Origin: Paraglomus brasilianum
Taxonomy: Eukaryota
Direction: 5' to 3'
DNA: 35,586 nt
Assembly (NCBI GenBank): GCA_910592345.1
Contig: CAJVPI010000318.1
Location: 1-35,586 of the forward strand
Position 1 is the stretch's first letter. Every line of letters starts with the position of its first letter. The translations under genes and the position numbers were made by a program. Of this stretch, positions 12,985-24,889 are shown piece by piece. Below the pieces are notes generated by a model, which was given only the letters and a program-made list of their open reading frames with translations, did not search any database and was not told where the DNA came from.

Positions 12985-15112
12985 CTATGCAAAATATCGT
13001 CCTTCATCAACCAACGAATCAAAGCCCGATAATAATTCAGTATCATCTACGGTACCAAGTCCAGATCCAACTCCACTAGCACTCACATGCTGGTTCTGTT
13101 CAATAATAGGTCGAAGGCTATTAGATAATGTAGAGACAAGTAGTCTTTCACATCTGAAATAAATACTTACTCTAGAAAGATACTCTTATAATTTGTTGTT
13201 CCAACTGAGAGATAGTTTCCTGCGCATCGAATTTATCTGGGTTGTCATGGAAAGACACCATGCCATTCTGGTGAGTATGGCTAATGGTGGCGAAGATTTC
13301 CTTGGATTCAATCTATCGAAGTGGAAATAGTTAAATTGAGTTCATCTTAATTCAAACATTGTCAATGTATCGATTACCATTTTCAATACATATTTCTCTG
13401 CTTGTTTGGCAGCATCCGATCCTTCAAGACCAACTGCATCCGCAATGTCAACCAGAGACAATGTCAAATATGTTTGTGTTAACTGTTGAATGTTTCTTCG
13501 ATATAATGCATCCAGAGTTTGTTTTGCAAGTCCGAAGTTCTTGTCCTGTAAAACGATCAGTTGAATTAGTTATCGAGTTAATAATGTATAATAACTATTT
13601 CTGTTTACTACGATATTGCATAGGCATATAATTATCAATCCACCTTCTTGAATGCATCAGAGCACTTTAAAAATTCCGTTCGCACCCGCTTGACTTTCAA
13701 ACCCTCAAACGCGTTAGCAAAATCTGTGTATGGTTGACACAAATTCTTGACTGAGCGAAATACAGCTTGTGCCGTGTATTTTGGAAGAGTTGCAATCTGA
13801 ATACAAAGCAACCGCAAAAGTTTCTGTTATTATGACTGACTCGAATTACGCAATGCTCTCATGCCAAATAATGCAAGCAATCTCTGTTCAACACTCTGTA
13901 TCTGACTAACCTTCCCATGTAACAAGAGAGAAACTAGGACAAATTTCTTATAGGCTTCGACTTGAATCATACTCGATAAATTGGCGGGAGCAGAGATTAC
14001 CTACGCAGAACGGCGATCAGTTAATTATACTATATAGCAGATACTTATGATGTAATAACTTCCAGTCGTATTGTCCTTACCAACTTGAAAAAGTCTAGTG
14101 CTCTCTCAAATTTCTTTAGCCCAATGTATATCATTCCCCCGTAATAGTGATAGAGAAGATGGTCAGTGTAGTGAATTCCCATTTCCTGAATTCCATCAGA
14201 AAAAAAAGATTTTTTTAAGTATAAGGGAATTCCAATACGGCAACTGTATCAACGATTTCTCGCTATCAATAAAATAACCAACTGACTTGAACGTCAATCT
14301 CTGTGATATCATTGTCCAAAACTCGTAATGCTGCTTTATAGCATTTCGATAGGAGACACTCCTAAGTAAAAAAATTCATTCACCAAATACCAATTAACGG
14401 ATGCTCAATGTAAAACAGTACATTCGCGTAATAGATAACTACACCTTTATAAATATCTGATGGATGTTTGTCAGGTGCTTGGGACTGGGAGCAAATCTAT
14501 TAATTGCCATTTCTAATGGTTTCACGGTTATGAGACTCTAACATGTAATCAGTTAGATTGGAAAGAAAAAAGACTGTTTGGAATGGAATTCAATTTTCTT
14601 CGTACCTTTCCTACATTAGTCGCTATCCTTGATAGTGTCTGAGCAATCTGAGCGACTGTGAATAAGCAGAATAAGATACAATCAATAATAAAAGACAGCA
14701 AAAATATATAATTGAACTAACGTTTCTCTGGTGCATATCGTGCTTCTTCCGGATCAAACGAATTAAGAAATTTGAGGATGTGATGCAGCATACGCGAAAC
14801 GTCTAGCCGATCTCCATAGCATCGGGCAACTCTACGCATTAAAAAGAATTAATTTCTCTCAAGGTAATGAAAATGCCAAAACTTATCAGCATTCGTTCTT
14901 ACTAACAGAATATACGCGTATGCTAGAGTATTCTCGGCTGGTTCCAGAAGGTCAAGCGGATCCTGTTCATCTGCCGTTGGAAAAGTTAACAATGGGGTAG
15001 GAACTGTTCGGAGCGTTGAGAATAAGGCTTTTCTGGATGGCTCGTCATTGCTTGTCTGAATGAGAGCAAGAAGCTCGTCGATATTTTCTGGGGAATTTTG
15101 TGCGGCCGGCAT
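12985..15112 (-). CDS. CSN3: COP9 signalosome subunit 3 (PCI domain); as written it stops at 13172, and the probable ancestral last exon ends at 12985
   Basis: Motifs YHYYGGMIYIGLKKFERALDFF, IQVEAYKKFVLVSLLLHGK, LPKYT and GMVSFHDNPDKF match CSN3. Many short GT-AG introns. Confidence 0.9.
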
Positions 15113-17723
15113 GTTTTATATTTTGGCAAGAACGAAATGTAACTGCGCGTTTGGTAGATTCTTCAGAAATATCATGTGACACTGTAAATGCTAAATATGG
15201 TTGAGATTGACCAAATGGACAGCACTATTATATATTAAATGCATGGTCCCGAGATTATAAGACCATTAAGTATTTCACTCTCTATAAATGCAGATTGTGT
15301 CTGATTTGGCTATATTAATATGGTCGTGTCAGTGCTGCACTTAGGGAGAGTCCATTTTCACCTAGAGGAAATACTATAAATTAGATATTATGAAAAGAGA
15401 CTAGTTATAGTACTAGGACTGATCCACTACAATCTCAATATCAAGTCCATCATAATGACAGTCAATGCAAATTTTACCTTTAGGAAAGGTACAGCTTATT
15501 GCAATTATCAATAAAGGCTTTATACATGATATTCTCAAGTAAAATCAGCCATCTGACAGTTATCTGGTAGACTATTAACATGTGAGAAGCTGAAAGCAAC
15601 TTTTTTCCCTTACTATTACTTCTAAAGTTGAGGAAAGCAAAGTCAAAGTGTTACAACCAGCATGTTAAAAGTTTGCCCAGATGGGCAGCTGCAACAACAG
15701 TAGATTATATAAACAATTTTCTATATTTGTTATGCTCATAACCTACAAACGGACTCTGACTGATTCTGATGTAATAAATTTGGGTAATGGGATTTTCCGT
15801 TCGATTTTTACTAGCCTCATTCGTAATATTAATACCGGGCGATTCATAACCTCCATTTCGATTAGGCACCAAGTTTTTTTCGAAAGCCGGAATTATTATT
15901 CAAGGCAGGCGAATACAGCTAATTCTCTCAGCTTCGGCTTTTGTATGTTTTGTATTGAGTTTATCCCGTAAATTTGTTGATTTAAATACCGATTCTCTTA
16001 AGCCAAAGTAATGACATAAACCCTCTTCATATATGTAACTTGAGTTTTGGTTCTAAATTGCGACAGTATTTTAAAAAGATGTTTGAAATGACCGCTAACT
16101 TTATAAGGTCTATAAAAAGCTGGGATGTTTTCTAAATAATTTATTTTCGAATCAATTATTTATCCAGGGTGGATGTATAAACGCTTTACCAAAAATACGA
16201 GCCAGCGTTTTGGTGACTATATTGCTTTCAATTATAAATTGTTATGTATCAAGGAAATCAAATACCTGGGAAAAGGCTCACGTTGTCAATAATGAGGCTT
16301 ATTTCTAAATGGAGAAATGATGTTGCCGCGGCAGTAGACGGGACAAACTTTAACTGGTATATAATAATAAGATTGACTTACACCAATAAGCTGACAGGAT
16401 ACCGAAGATACACGAATATCACATAAACAAAGACGAATATTCTCTATTATATATCTGATTGTATATGACTATTTCTATAACTTAATTCCAATTTTATTCA
16501 TGCATTTCCGTTTTTGCGATTTCAATAGCTTAAAGATTATTAATCCAACTTTTCTGTATTTCTTTTCTTATCTAACATAAGTTATGTCAAAAACTCAATC
16601 TTAGCACATTTTAAAATGTGTCAATTTAAAGAGCAAAAGTTATTTACTGGAACACAACTTAGCACATATACTGATTACGGGCTCTAGAATTTATTATTAC
16701 AATCCCTGGTTCGACATACCAACTGAAGGTCACCCACTTATCCATTTTAAGTATAAGTTCACATCCAGCAAATAGGCCCAACTATTTCGCTGATTCAAGG
16801 ATGTCTTGGCTGTAGCTGTAATAATCGCGATTCGACCCATTATATTACATTTAGGGTCTATAAGCCCATGAGACATGCAAAGCATAAACTTCTGCTTAAA
16901 TCACTACATTTAATCGTACAATGCTTTCTTATCGTATGCTTTTCAGACAGTTAGAAATAAACATTCGAGTAGTTGCATCGAGCATTCTTAGAGTTGAAAA
17001 ATTAAAACACGAGAAAACAAAAGTAAGAGCGCAAACCTTTAGTATTAGATGAATACGAAGCATTTATACTTTATATGATTGAAATGTTTGCAAGTTACTC
17101 ATGTACAATTCGCCAAGGTGACCTCTTCCAAAGACAAGTTAATAAGTTTTACTATTACCATAAGAGATAACTTGGCATATGATAAAAGCTATACGAGATG
17201 AAATAAAGAATTTGTGGGTTCCTTGATTTAATAACTTTGTTTCCGAATTCAACTTCAATCTTGATTCTATTATTCTTCTTCAATACGTAGTTGAAAATAT
17301 CAATACCAAAATTAATGAATACTTTTAGATATTTCATTGTGAATAAAAAACACGCAACACTTTCTGATACATCAATGATATTAGTGTTTCTATATTTGTC
17401 TCTTCCTACTACAGTCTTCATTAGGCCAATCGTTTCATTCCCATTTGAATAATAAGTTAATCTGCCAATGAAGTGCTAACAGATGTCAGCTTTCAAGACG
17501 TTATTCTATTTTCAACCTTATTTTGACTATTTTCTATTCCTCTATTCTCGCTAATAAAGAATAATAGCCAAGAAATACCATAATAATTGGAAAGTCTTGG
17601 TACTACGGAAGCTTTCAATGACGTCATTGATTGACGAATAAATAAATAGCGATGCGATACTAATACTGTAACGTCCTGTCGGTTATTTCTCAAGATTTCA
17701 TCATTAAAAACTTCTCTTTAAAT

Positions 17724-19055
17724 ATGCCCGCTCCTCCACCCCCACCACCCCCACCATCTGGAGGTAATAAATCACAGTCTTCCGGTGGACGAGGCGCTCT
17801 GCTGGCAGACATTCAAAAGGGAAGGAAGCTGAAAAAAGCAACGACGAACGATCGATCTGCACCTGCCATAGAAGGTGAGACTTGTAACTTTTGTGCTGGC
17901 AGTGGAAAGCGGAGATTTACTGAAACTTGGATGAGTCTGACTATTCGTTACAATATTAACTAAACTACTGCAGTTTGCTTATATCGAGTCATCTCACGGC
18001 TCGTACGCTGAAGACACCTCTCCCAGAAATTCTTATTCTTACTGTCAATTATTCTATGTTACGTATAAAATAGGGAAAACATCTGTCGGCTCTTCTGGAG
18101 GTGGTAGGAATGGCGCTGGTAATTATCCTGCGTTCTATTTTACCCTTCATTCTAGTTCAATCTCTAATCGTAAATTATGTTAAATATAGGTTTCGCATTA
18201 CCTCCTGTGCCAGGAGGTAGACGTGGAGGCGCTCCACCAACGCTACCATCTCGACATACCGGTAAACCACTCGCAACTGCTTTAGCCGCTCCCCCACCCG
18301 TACTTCCATCCCGATTACATTCCTCAGCATCAACCAGGTCAAACAAAGAGGTAGAAAGTATATCAGAACGTATAGGCCGAACATTACCAACATCACGATC
18401 TTCGAATTCCTCTTCAACACCCCCGCTACCGGCGAGGAATACTGCTCCGCCGATTGGGAAGAAACCGCCACCGCCTCCTATATCGAAGAAACCTCCGTTA
18501 ACATTACCAAAAAAATCTTCTGTGGCAGGTAAGTCGCCGCCACCGCCACCAGCCAGACCAACGACGAGGTCACAGTCTCCGCCGCCTCCACCGCAGCGTC
18601 CTCGGACTGTAGTAGAGAGAACTAGGCCAGTTTCGAATGCGGTAAAAGGTGATATTATACGAAATACTACTAGGATTTCGAGTACAAGATGTAAGTTTTG
18701 TATTGATTTGTGAATTGCGTTCGTATGAGAATCATTGTTATTAGTATAATCGCAGTATGTCGTTATTAATTTCATCAACAGTGTGTCATATCACTAACAT
18801 CTGCTAATTTTTCCTTCAGCTGTGGTAGTCACATCTCAAGAACGATCAACGACAGAAGGCCGCTGGACTTTCCATCCCTCTTCTGACTTTCCACCACCAT
18901 CCTCTTTCAACTCCTCAGTAAAGACATATCCATCCGGATCGTCCACTGGTACGACTGTGCCTTTAGATCTGTCTTCGTTATCACTTCAGGGCACGCCTCA
19001 ACGAGCGCCGCCGCCACCACCGCCGTTTGGTCTTAAGCCGGGGGGAAGACGATGA
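17724..19055 (+). CDS. VRP1: Verprolin / WASP-interacting protein (WIP), 4 exons
   Basis: N-terminal polyproline plus WH2 domain (GRGALLADIQKGRKLKKATTNDRSAP), Pro/Ser-rich middle, and C-terminal WASP-binding motif (RWTFHPSSDFPPP...KTYPSG). Exons ~17724-17874, 18074-18103, 18190-18648 and 18820-19055 are in phase. Confidence 0.92.
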
Positions 19056-19647
19056 ATGTAGTCGTACTAGAATATTGGTGTTTCTTATAGACGTTCAGGT
19101 GCACGCGTTTATGCAGGTTTGTTTGTGGTAATAGATGATTGTTAAATGGCGTCGGTAATGGGTGAGTGCTATGAAACTATAGCAGAGCGGTCAAGCTTTT
19201 TTTGCGACAATGGGCAGCTGACTCTATTTTAGAGGACTTGTAGGATGAGTGGGGTAGATGTCGTTGACGTATGTGTGATTTTTTTGTCAAATGTACAGTG
19301 AAATCTTGAATTATCATGTTGACCTCTTACACTTTCAGATGGACTTTAGTGCTTGTCACAATGTACTAGTAATATTCTTGAACGAATATTTCGTTCCGAT
19401 AATTATTTACATAATGGGACTATACATCATTTGATATTCGGTTATTATTTTCTTGTTTCCCAATTTTATATTCTGAAGAGAATCGAAAAAATGCATTATA
19501 AGATTTTCTGTGGAGTTGTTCTTGTATATCTTGTTGTTTGTCGAATAGAGATTACTATAACGAAGTTTAAAATAAATATAAACCAAAATCCCCCCCTGTC
19601 AAACTGTTTTGTTAAGAGTGCGATTCAATAGTTCTTGACATGTAATA

Positions 19648-20805
19648 CTAATTTTCTGTCCATAGACCGACCGTTTTGAATACACTTGGCAAATCCCCAT
19701 TAAATCGCCATGCTTCTGCCTTGTAAAACGGTTCAAAAAAGTATGGCGAAGTGAAATATAAAAATAATAGAATCCATAGTCTTCCCATCCATACCGGCAG
19801 GCTTAGTCCGGGTGTAAGCCTTTGATAAATCTTCTCAATGATCACCCCAATTGCTTGGGAAACGAAGAATACCATCATTTGACCTGGAATCCATTGAGGA
19901 TAGAATGTTGCCCACACTATGTATTCATGTATTAAACCACTGATTGCGAACACGCCAATTGCTGGTATAGCCAATTCCATCATATCCGCAACGGTACTAG
20001 TCTTGGAATTATTATTTTTCGTTAACCATGGTCGTAGTTTCTGTCTAATGAGTTGTCTCAGTGGAACGTATGCTAGCGACATCCATAATACACGGAACGT
20101 CTGATGCCATCTGACCGACCATAAATCTGATAGCGATGTCGACAAATATGGATGCCTGAATAGCGGTTTCCACACGCTCTTGTCAATAACGCCTCGATTG
20201 TTGATTAACGTCCAAGCGAATGCTCCAAGACGAGATGTTCCTTCCAGTATTGTGCAAATGTAAATACCACCGATTAGATTCATTATAAATAATTCTATTG
20301 ATGATAGTGAGAGTATCTTGTGGGCAGTAAATTGATGGAACAAGTAGTTTATGCAATCAGATAAAAAAAGTAATAAGAAAGCAGACGGAAGTAGTGTGAA
20401 CGATGAGACTATCATATTTTCATTGGTTCCGTTGCTTTGATGGTTTTCCCCATTTTCACTCTTTTGTTTTTCGGTTGATCTATATCTAATAGGTTGCCAT
20501 AATTCCGCTTTCAAGTCAGCCGTTGTCACGTAAACATCTTTACCGTTAAGTAATGAAGTGAAAAAGTAAAAATCGAAAAACCGTAATGTAGTGACAATTG
20601 CTACTGTCGTATACAAAATATCAAATCCATAACATTTAGAATAGTATGCGGCCCCTACGTAGAATTCAGCTGCTAAGAGTGGTATGCCAATGATACGTTT
20701 AATTGCAGATGGCAATTTCTTTGGGTGTATTAATAGGATGATCCCAAGTAGAACGACAGGCGCGTGAATGAGCAAGGTGTGAGTCAAAAATGAGACACGC
20801 GGCAT
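19648..20805 (-). CDS. Membrane-bound O-acyltransferase (MBOAT_2, wax-synthase-like), intronless, 385 aa
   Basis: Multiple hydrophobic helices. Family motifs PYLSTSLSDLWSVRWHQ and FAISGLIHEY (catalytic His). Confidence 0.88.
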   Translation of the reverse strand: MPRVSFLTHTLLIHAPVVLLGIILLIHPKKLPSAIKRIIGIPLLAAEFYVGAAYYSKCYGFDILYTTVAIVTTLRFFDFYFFTSLLNGKDVYVTTADLKAELWQPIRYRSTEKQKSENGENHQSNGTNENMIVSSFTLLPSAFLLLFLSDCINYLFHQFTAHKILSLSSIELFIMNLIGGIYICTILEGTSRLGAFAWTLINNRGVIDKSVWKPLFRHPYLSTSLSDLWSVRWHQTFRVLWMSLAYVPLRQLIRQKLRPWLTKNNNSKTSTVADMMELAIPAIGVFAISGLIHEYIVWATFYPQWIPGQMMVFFVSQAIGVIIEKIYQRLTPGLSLPVWMGRLWILLFLYFTSPYFFEPFYKAEAWRFNGDLPSVFKTVGLWTEN

Positions 20806-21977
20806 ATCGGATGGATTGATAGGGACAAGCGTGAACGAGGTGATGATGACATTGCTGCTTTTATGGTGATGACCTCTAAACAGAGAATGGCGCTATTGGA
20901 ATGTATTTGTGCTACTGTTGTCGCTTTGTGTTGAAAGAAGGAAGTATGCTTGGGGTTGATCACATGGTTGTAAAGTGATTTTCCCCCTTTCCCTGTGTGA
21001 CAAACTTCTGCTTTGTCTACATCACATACAGTGCGCCTGACATTAAATGGTAAATCATATGCGAAATTCACTGTGTCGATCCAATTGGCGCCAGTACGCC
21101 ACAATTGTAATTTCCATACAAGACAAATAAGCAATTTTGTTGGGGCTTACATCTGTCGAGTATTATGATCGCTATTTGATTTTGCTGCAGGCCAAGCCCT
21201 ACTATCAGAAGAATTTATTCCAAATGAAACATTAAATTTTGACACTCACAACAATGGAAAAGATTAACGAACCTACTTATCAATCGTTAGTATTTGATTA
21301 TGCAAAACGTGTATTTATCAGATGTCTCCATGCAATATTCAATGTAGAATTTTCTTGAAAGTGAACCGCTAATATCGCCTTTTGGATACAAGATATTAGA
21401 CTAGATGCGATTATAAAGAATACAGACAGTGTTAAATACTCACGGAAAACCGCGGGATGCAGACGATGTGTGATGAGAATTAATCCGTCGAATAGTTTAG
21501 TAATACCGCCCAGTGGGAGTGTCAAAAATACTCAGATACAGACAGGCTGTGCAGGAATCGTTAAAAGTTTATGAATGAAATATAACTACCATATCGGCTG
21601 CTAGCCTATATTAATATTGGCACTTACTTAGAGCTTTGATAGGCATATATTGTACATTCAAGGGAATTCTAAAGTGAAGCAAGATGTTCCAAATTGAATT
21701 AAAATGTCTGTTGTTGACGCTCATCAGACCATCTCGTAGGCGAGAGAGAGTATTCACCAGTAAATTAAATACAATGAATTGATGCGATTATGAAGAAGGA
21801 AAGCTAATTAGTCCTTAACGGAATTACAGTACCACTGAATATTATAATAAAATTAGGTCAACGCTAAAGACAGTAATTTTGACGGTGTAACGTAATACTA
21901 AAGGCAAACGCAATGTCACACTATGCATAATATAATTACGCTAAGAGTTGTCAATAGGAGAGATCTTGGCACTTGCG

Positions 21978-24647
21978 ATGTCGACGTTCGGCAATCTCAA
22001 GAAACGTTTAACAGCGATTATTCAGGGTAGACGCATTGGATACCATCAGAATAGAAAAGATATAATTACCGTTGTCACTGTGAGTCAATCCCGAAATATT
22101 GCAGTAGAGGCATTGGGGAACAATCGAGGAAAGGAATTTTACAAGCGCTTGGTTGAAGAGGTAAGTTGGTTGTTAGGTTCGGTTTTAAGTAACAGTGTAT
22201 TCATTGTATTCATTGTATTCATTGTATTTATTGTGGATTTATTATAGCTTTGTAATAACAAACTAGCCGACGACCATTCAAATATTATTCGATTCGTAGG
22301 TATAAGCAAAGGTATGTCCAGTATACAGATAGACTTATGCTCATAGCTCGAATGTCATTCATAAATTAACCTGCGATCGTATATAATAGATATTTCCAAT
22401 GACTATCGTATGAGCCTTGAATCTGGGACCTTGCATGATTATTTGGAAGATTTTTATCATGGAATGACATTAGAAGCGAAAGCAGTTCTTGGTTTAAGCA
22501 TTACAAATGGTTTAAACTATCTGCACGATATGGAAATTATTCATAAGTATTTGGTATTGTATTATATAAAATTTCAAGTGTCGCGACCTATGTAATATTA
22601 CTGATTCCAATAACTCGAACTTTTTATTTACACTTATTTCCATAATTATTTCTAGCGTTCGAATAATATTCTAATTTGTAAAGGCATTGCTAAAATATCT
22701 GATTTTGGATTGCCTTCTAACACTAAAGGAGAGCTAGCATATATGGATCCATTATTGCTTGCCAGCAGCTCACGCAAACATGAGAAAAAGTCTGATATTT
22801 TTAGTCTAGGGGTAATTCTGTGGGAAATATCCAGCGGAAGACGACCGTGTAAAGCGCTAACAATGGCTACAGACATAATTCTATTTCGATCGAATGGCTA
22901 TCGCGACGAGCCTATTTCTGGAACGCCAAAAAGATACGTTGAATTGTATTCTGAATGCTGGGATGAAGATCCTCAAAGACGACCACATTGCAAAGAAATT
23001 GGTCAAAGATTGGAGTTGCAAAAATATTGCTTGCTGCTTGATGGATTACTGGATAACGAGCCAAATCATACGTTTGAAAAGAGAGTTAGAGAAGTCTATA
23101 ACGCGTTTCATAACTATAATATACTGAATGATGTTAGCAAGCCAATGAATATCTACAGCATATTTGATCAATACTATGATGTATTGAACAATCTCACTAA
23201 ACTGCTGGAGATCAAGCCAAATGATGCATTTGCATTAAGTGGAAGAGGAACCATCTATCAGAAGCTTGAAAACTATGACAATGCTTTGGCTGACTTTAAC
23301 AAGTCATTGGAGATTGAACAAAATAATCCGCTTGTCCTAAATAGAAGGGGAATTATCTACCGTGCGCTTAAGCGGTATGACAATGCATTAGATGATTTTA
23401 ACAAGTCTTTAAGGATTAATCCGCATGATGCATTTGCGTTGAGTAGAAGGGGAACTGTCTACCACGTGCTTAAGCAATATGACAATGCATTAGTTGATTT
23501 TAATAAATCGTTGGAGATTAATTCAAATAATGTATTTGCATTGAATAGAAGGGGAACTACCTACCGGAAACTTAAAGAATATGACAATGCATTAATTGAT
23601 TTCAATAGATCTTTGAAAATTGAACCAAATAATCCATTTGCTTTGAGTGGAAGAGGATATGTCTATGGAGCATTGAAGCAATATGATAAAGCCTTAAACG
23701 ATTTTAATATATCATTGAATATTAAACAAAATGATCCATGGACTTTAAGTGCAAGAGGAATCGTTTATGGTGTATTTAAAAAGTATGACAAGGCATTGAA
23801 TGATTTTAACAAGTCATTAATGACAGAACCAGATGATGCCAATACATTGGGTCGAAGAGGATGTGTCTATACTGCACTTAAGCGGTATCGTAATGCATTC
23901 GATAGTTTTAATAAATCATTGGAAATTAAGCCGGATAGTGCAATTATATTGAGTAGAAGAGGATATGCTTATTACAGGCTTAAAAGATATGCTCATGCAT
24001 TGAACGATCTCAATAGTTCATTAGAAATTAATCCAAGTGATTTATTTGCATTGAAAACAAGAGGGTTTATCCACTACCGGCTTAAACAGTATGATGATGC
24101 ATTGACAGATTTCAGTAAATTTCTGGAAACTGAGCCAAATAATATTTTGATACTAAGAGAAAGAGCGGACACTTATTTAATGCTCAACGAATATGATAAT
24201 GCATTGAAAGATGCCAACAAATCATTAGAAATTGAACCAAATGATCCCCAAACGTTGGAGGCAAGGGGGTTTATTTATTACGTTCTTTGTGAATACAATG
24301 ATGCCTTACATGATTTCAATAAATCATTGGAAATTGAACCAAATAATGAATTTATATTGAGTACAAGGGGAAATATTTATCATAGTCTTAAACAATATGA
24401 TGATGCATTAAACGATTTTAATAACTTGTTGAAAAGAAAACCAAATGATGCATGGGCACTGTCTAGAAGGGGATCTGCCTATTATGAGCTAAAGCAATAT
24501 GACAATGCTTTGAAGGATTTTAATAAATCGTTGGAGATTGAACCGAACGATGAACGGACATTACGTCAGCACGGTGAAGTTTCTCTCAAAATTGGACAGC
24601 AATACGGGAATGTTAGTTTGTCAGAAAAGCAATGCATTAACATGTGA
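21978..24647 (+). CDS. Tyrosine-kinase-like pseudokinase fused to a C-terminal TPR array
   Basis: Exons 21978-22160, 22248-22311, 22390-22553 and 22656-24647 splice in frame. Kinase motifs HSNIIRFVG, GLNYLH, AKISDFGL, AYMDP, KSDIFSLGVILWEISSGRRP and CWDEDPQRRP are present, but the catalytic loop reads HKYLRSNN. The kinase is followed by 13 complete 34-aa TPRs. Confidence 0.88.
22196..22234 (+). repeat. 9-bp minisatellite (TGTATTCAT)n in intron 1 of the kinase-TPR gene
   Basis: tgtattcat occurs three times, followed by a degenerate tgtatttat copy. Confidence 0.85.
23223..24548 (+). repeat. Coding tandem repeat, 13 x 102 bp TPR units
   Basis: Consensus xxxALxxRGxxYxxLKxYDxALxDFNKSLEIEPN repeats with an exact 34-aa period. 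Confidence 0.92.
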
Positions 24648-24889
24648 AGTGTGGCAATACATCCCGTTTTCTCGTTTTTGTTGAAGACTGAATGTACACG
24701 ACCTCATAATCAAGATAGAAATTAATATTAATGTAGCAAGTAACAAGGCAAGTCGGCGCTGACCAACGGTTTTAACCGGCTCCCCAACAACTATACATTT
24801 TCATTAACTTTAATATTTAACGGCAATCAATATAATCTTAAAAAATCGTGTTACGAGATTAACCAATCAATCATAATAAATACATAATT

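Noticed and set aside
16690..16725. GGTTCGAC resembling a tRNA T-loop
   Set aside because: No acceptor stem, D-arm or cloverleaf could be built around it.
17155..17421. 88-aa minus-strand ORF upstream of VRP1
   Set aside because: No recognisable motif or splice support; compatible with chance.
18164..18778. 204-aa Gly-rich minus-strand ORF
   Set aside because: Antisense shadow of the proline codons of the verprolin exon.
23223..24548. Regular 102-bp periodic repeat as a CRISPR-like array
   Set aside because: It is an in-frame protein repeat (TPR) with no repeat-spacer structure.
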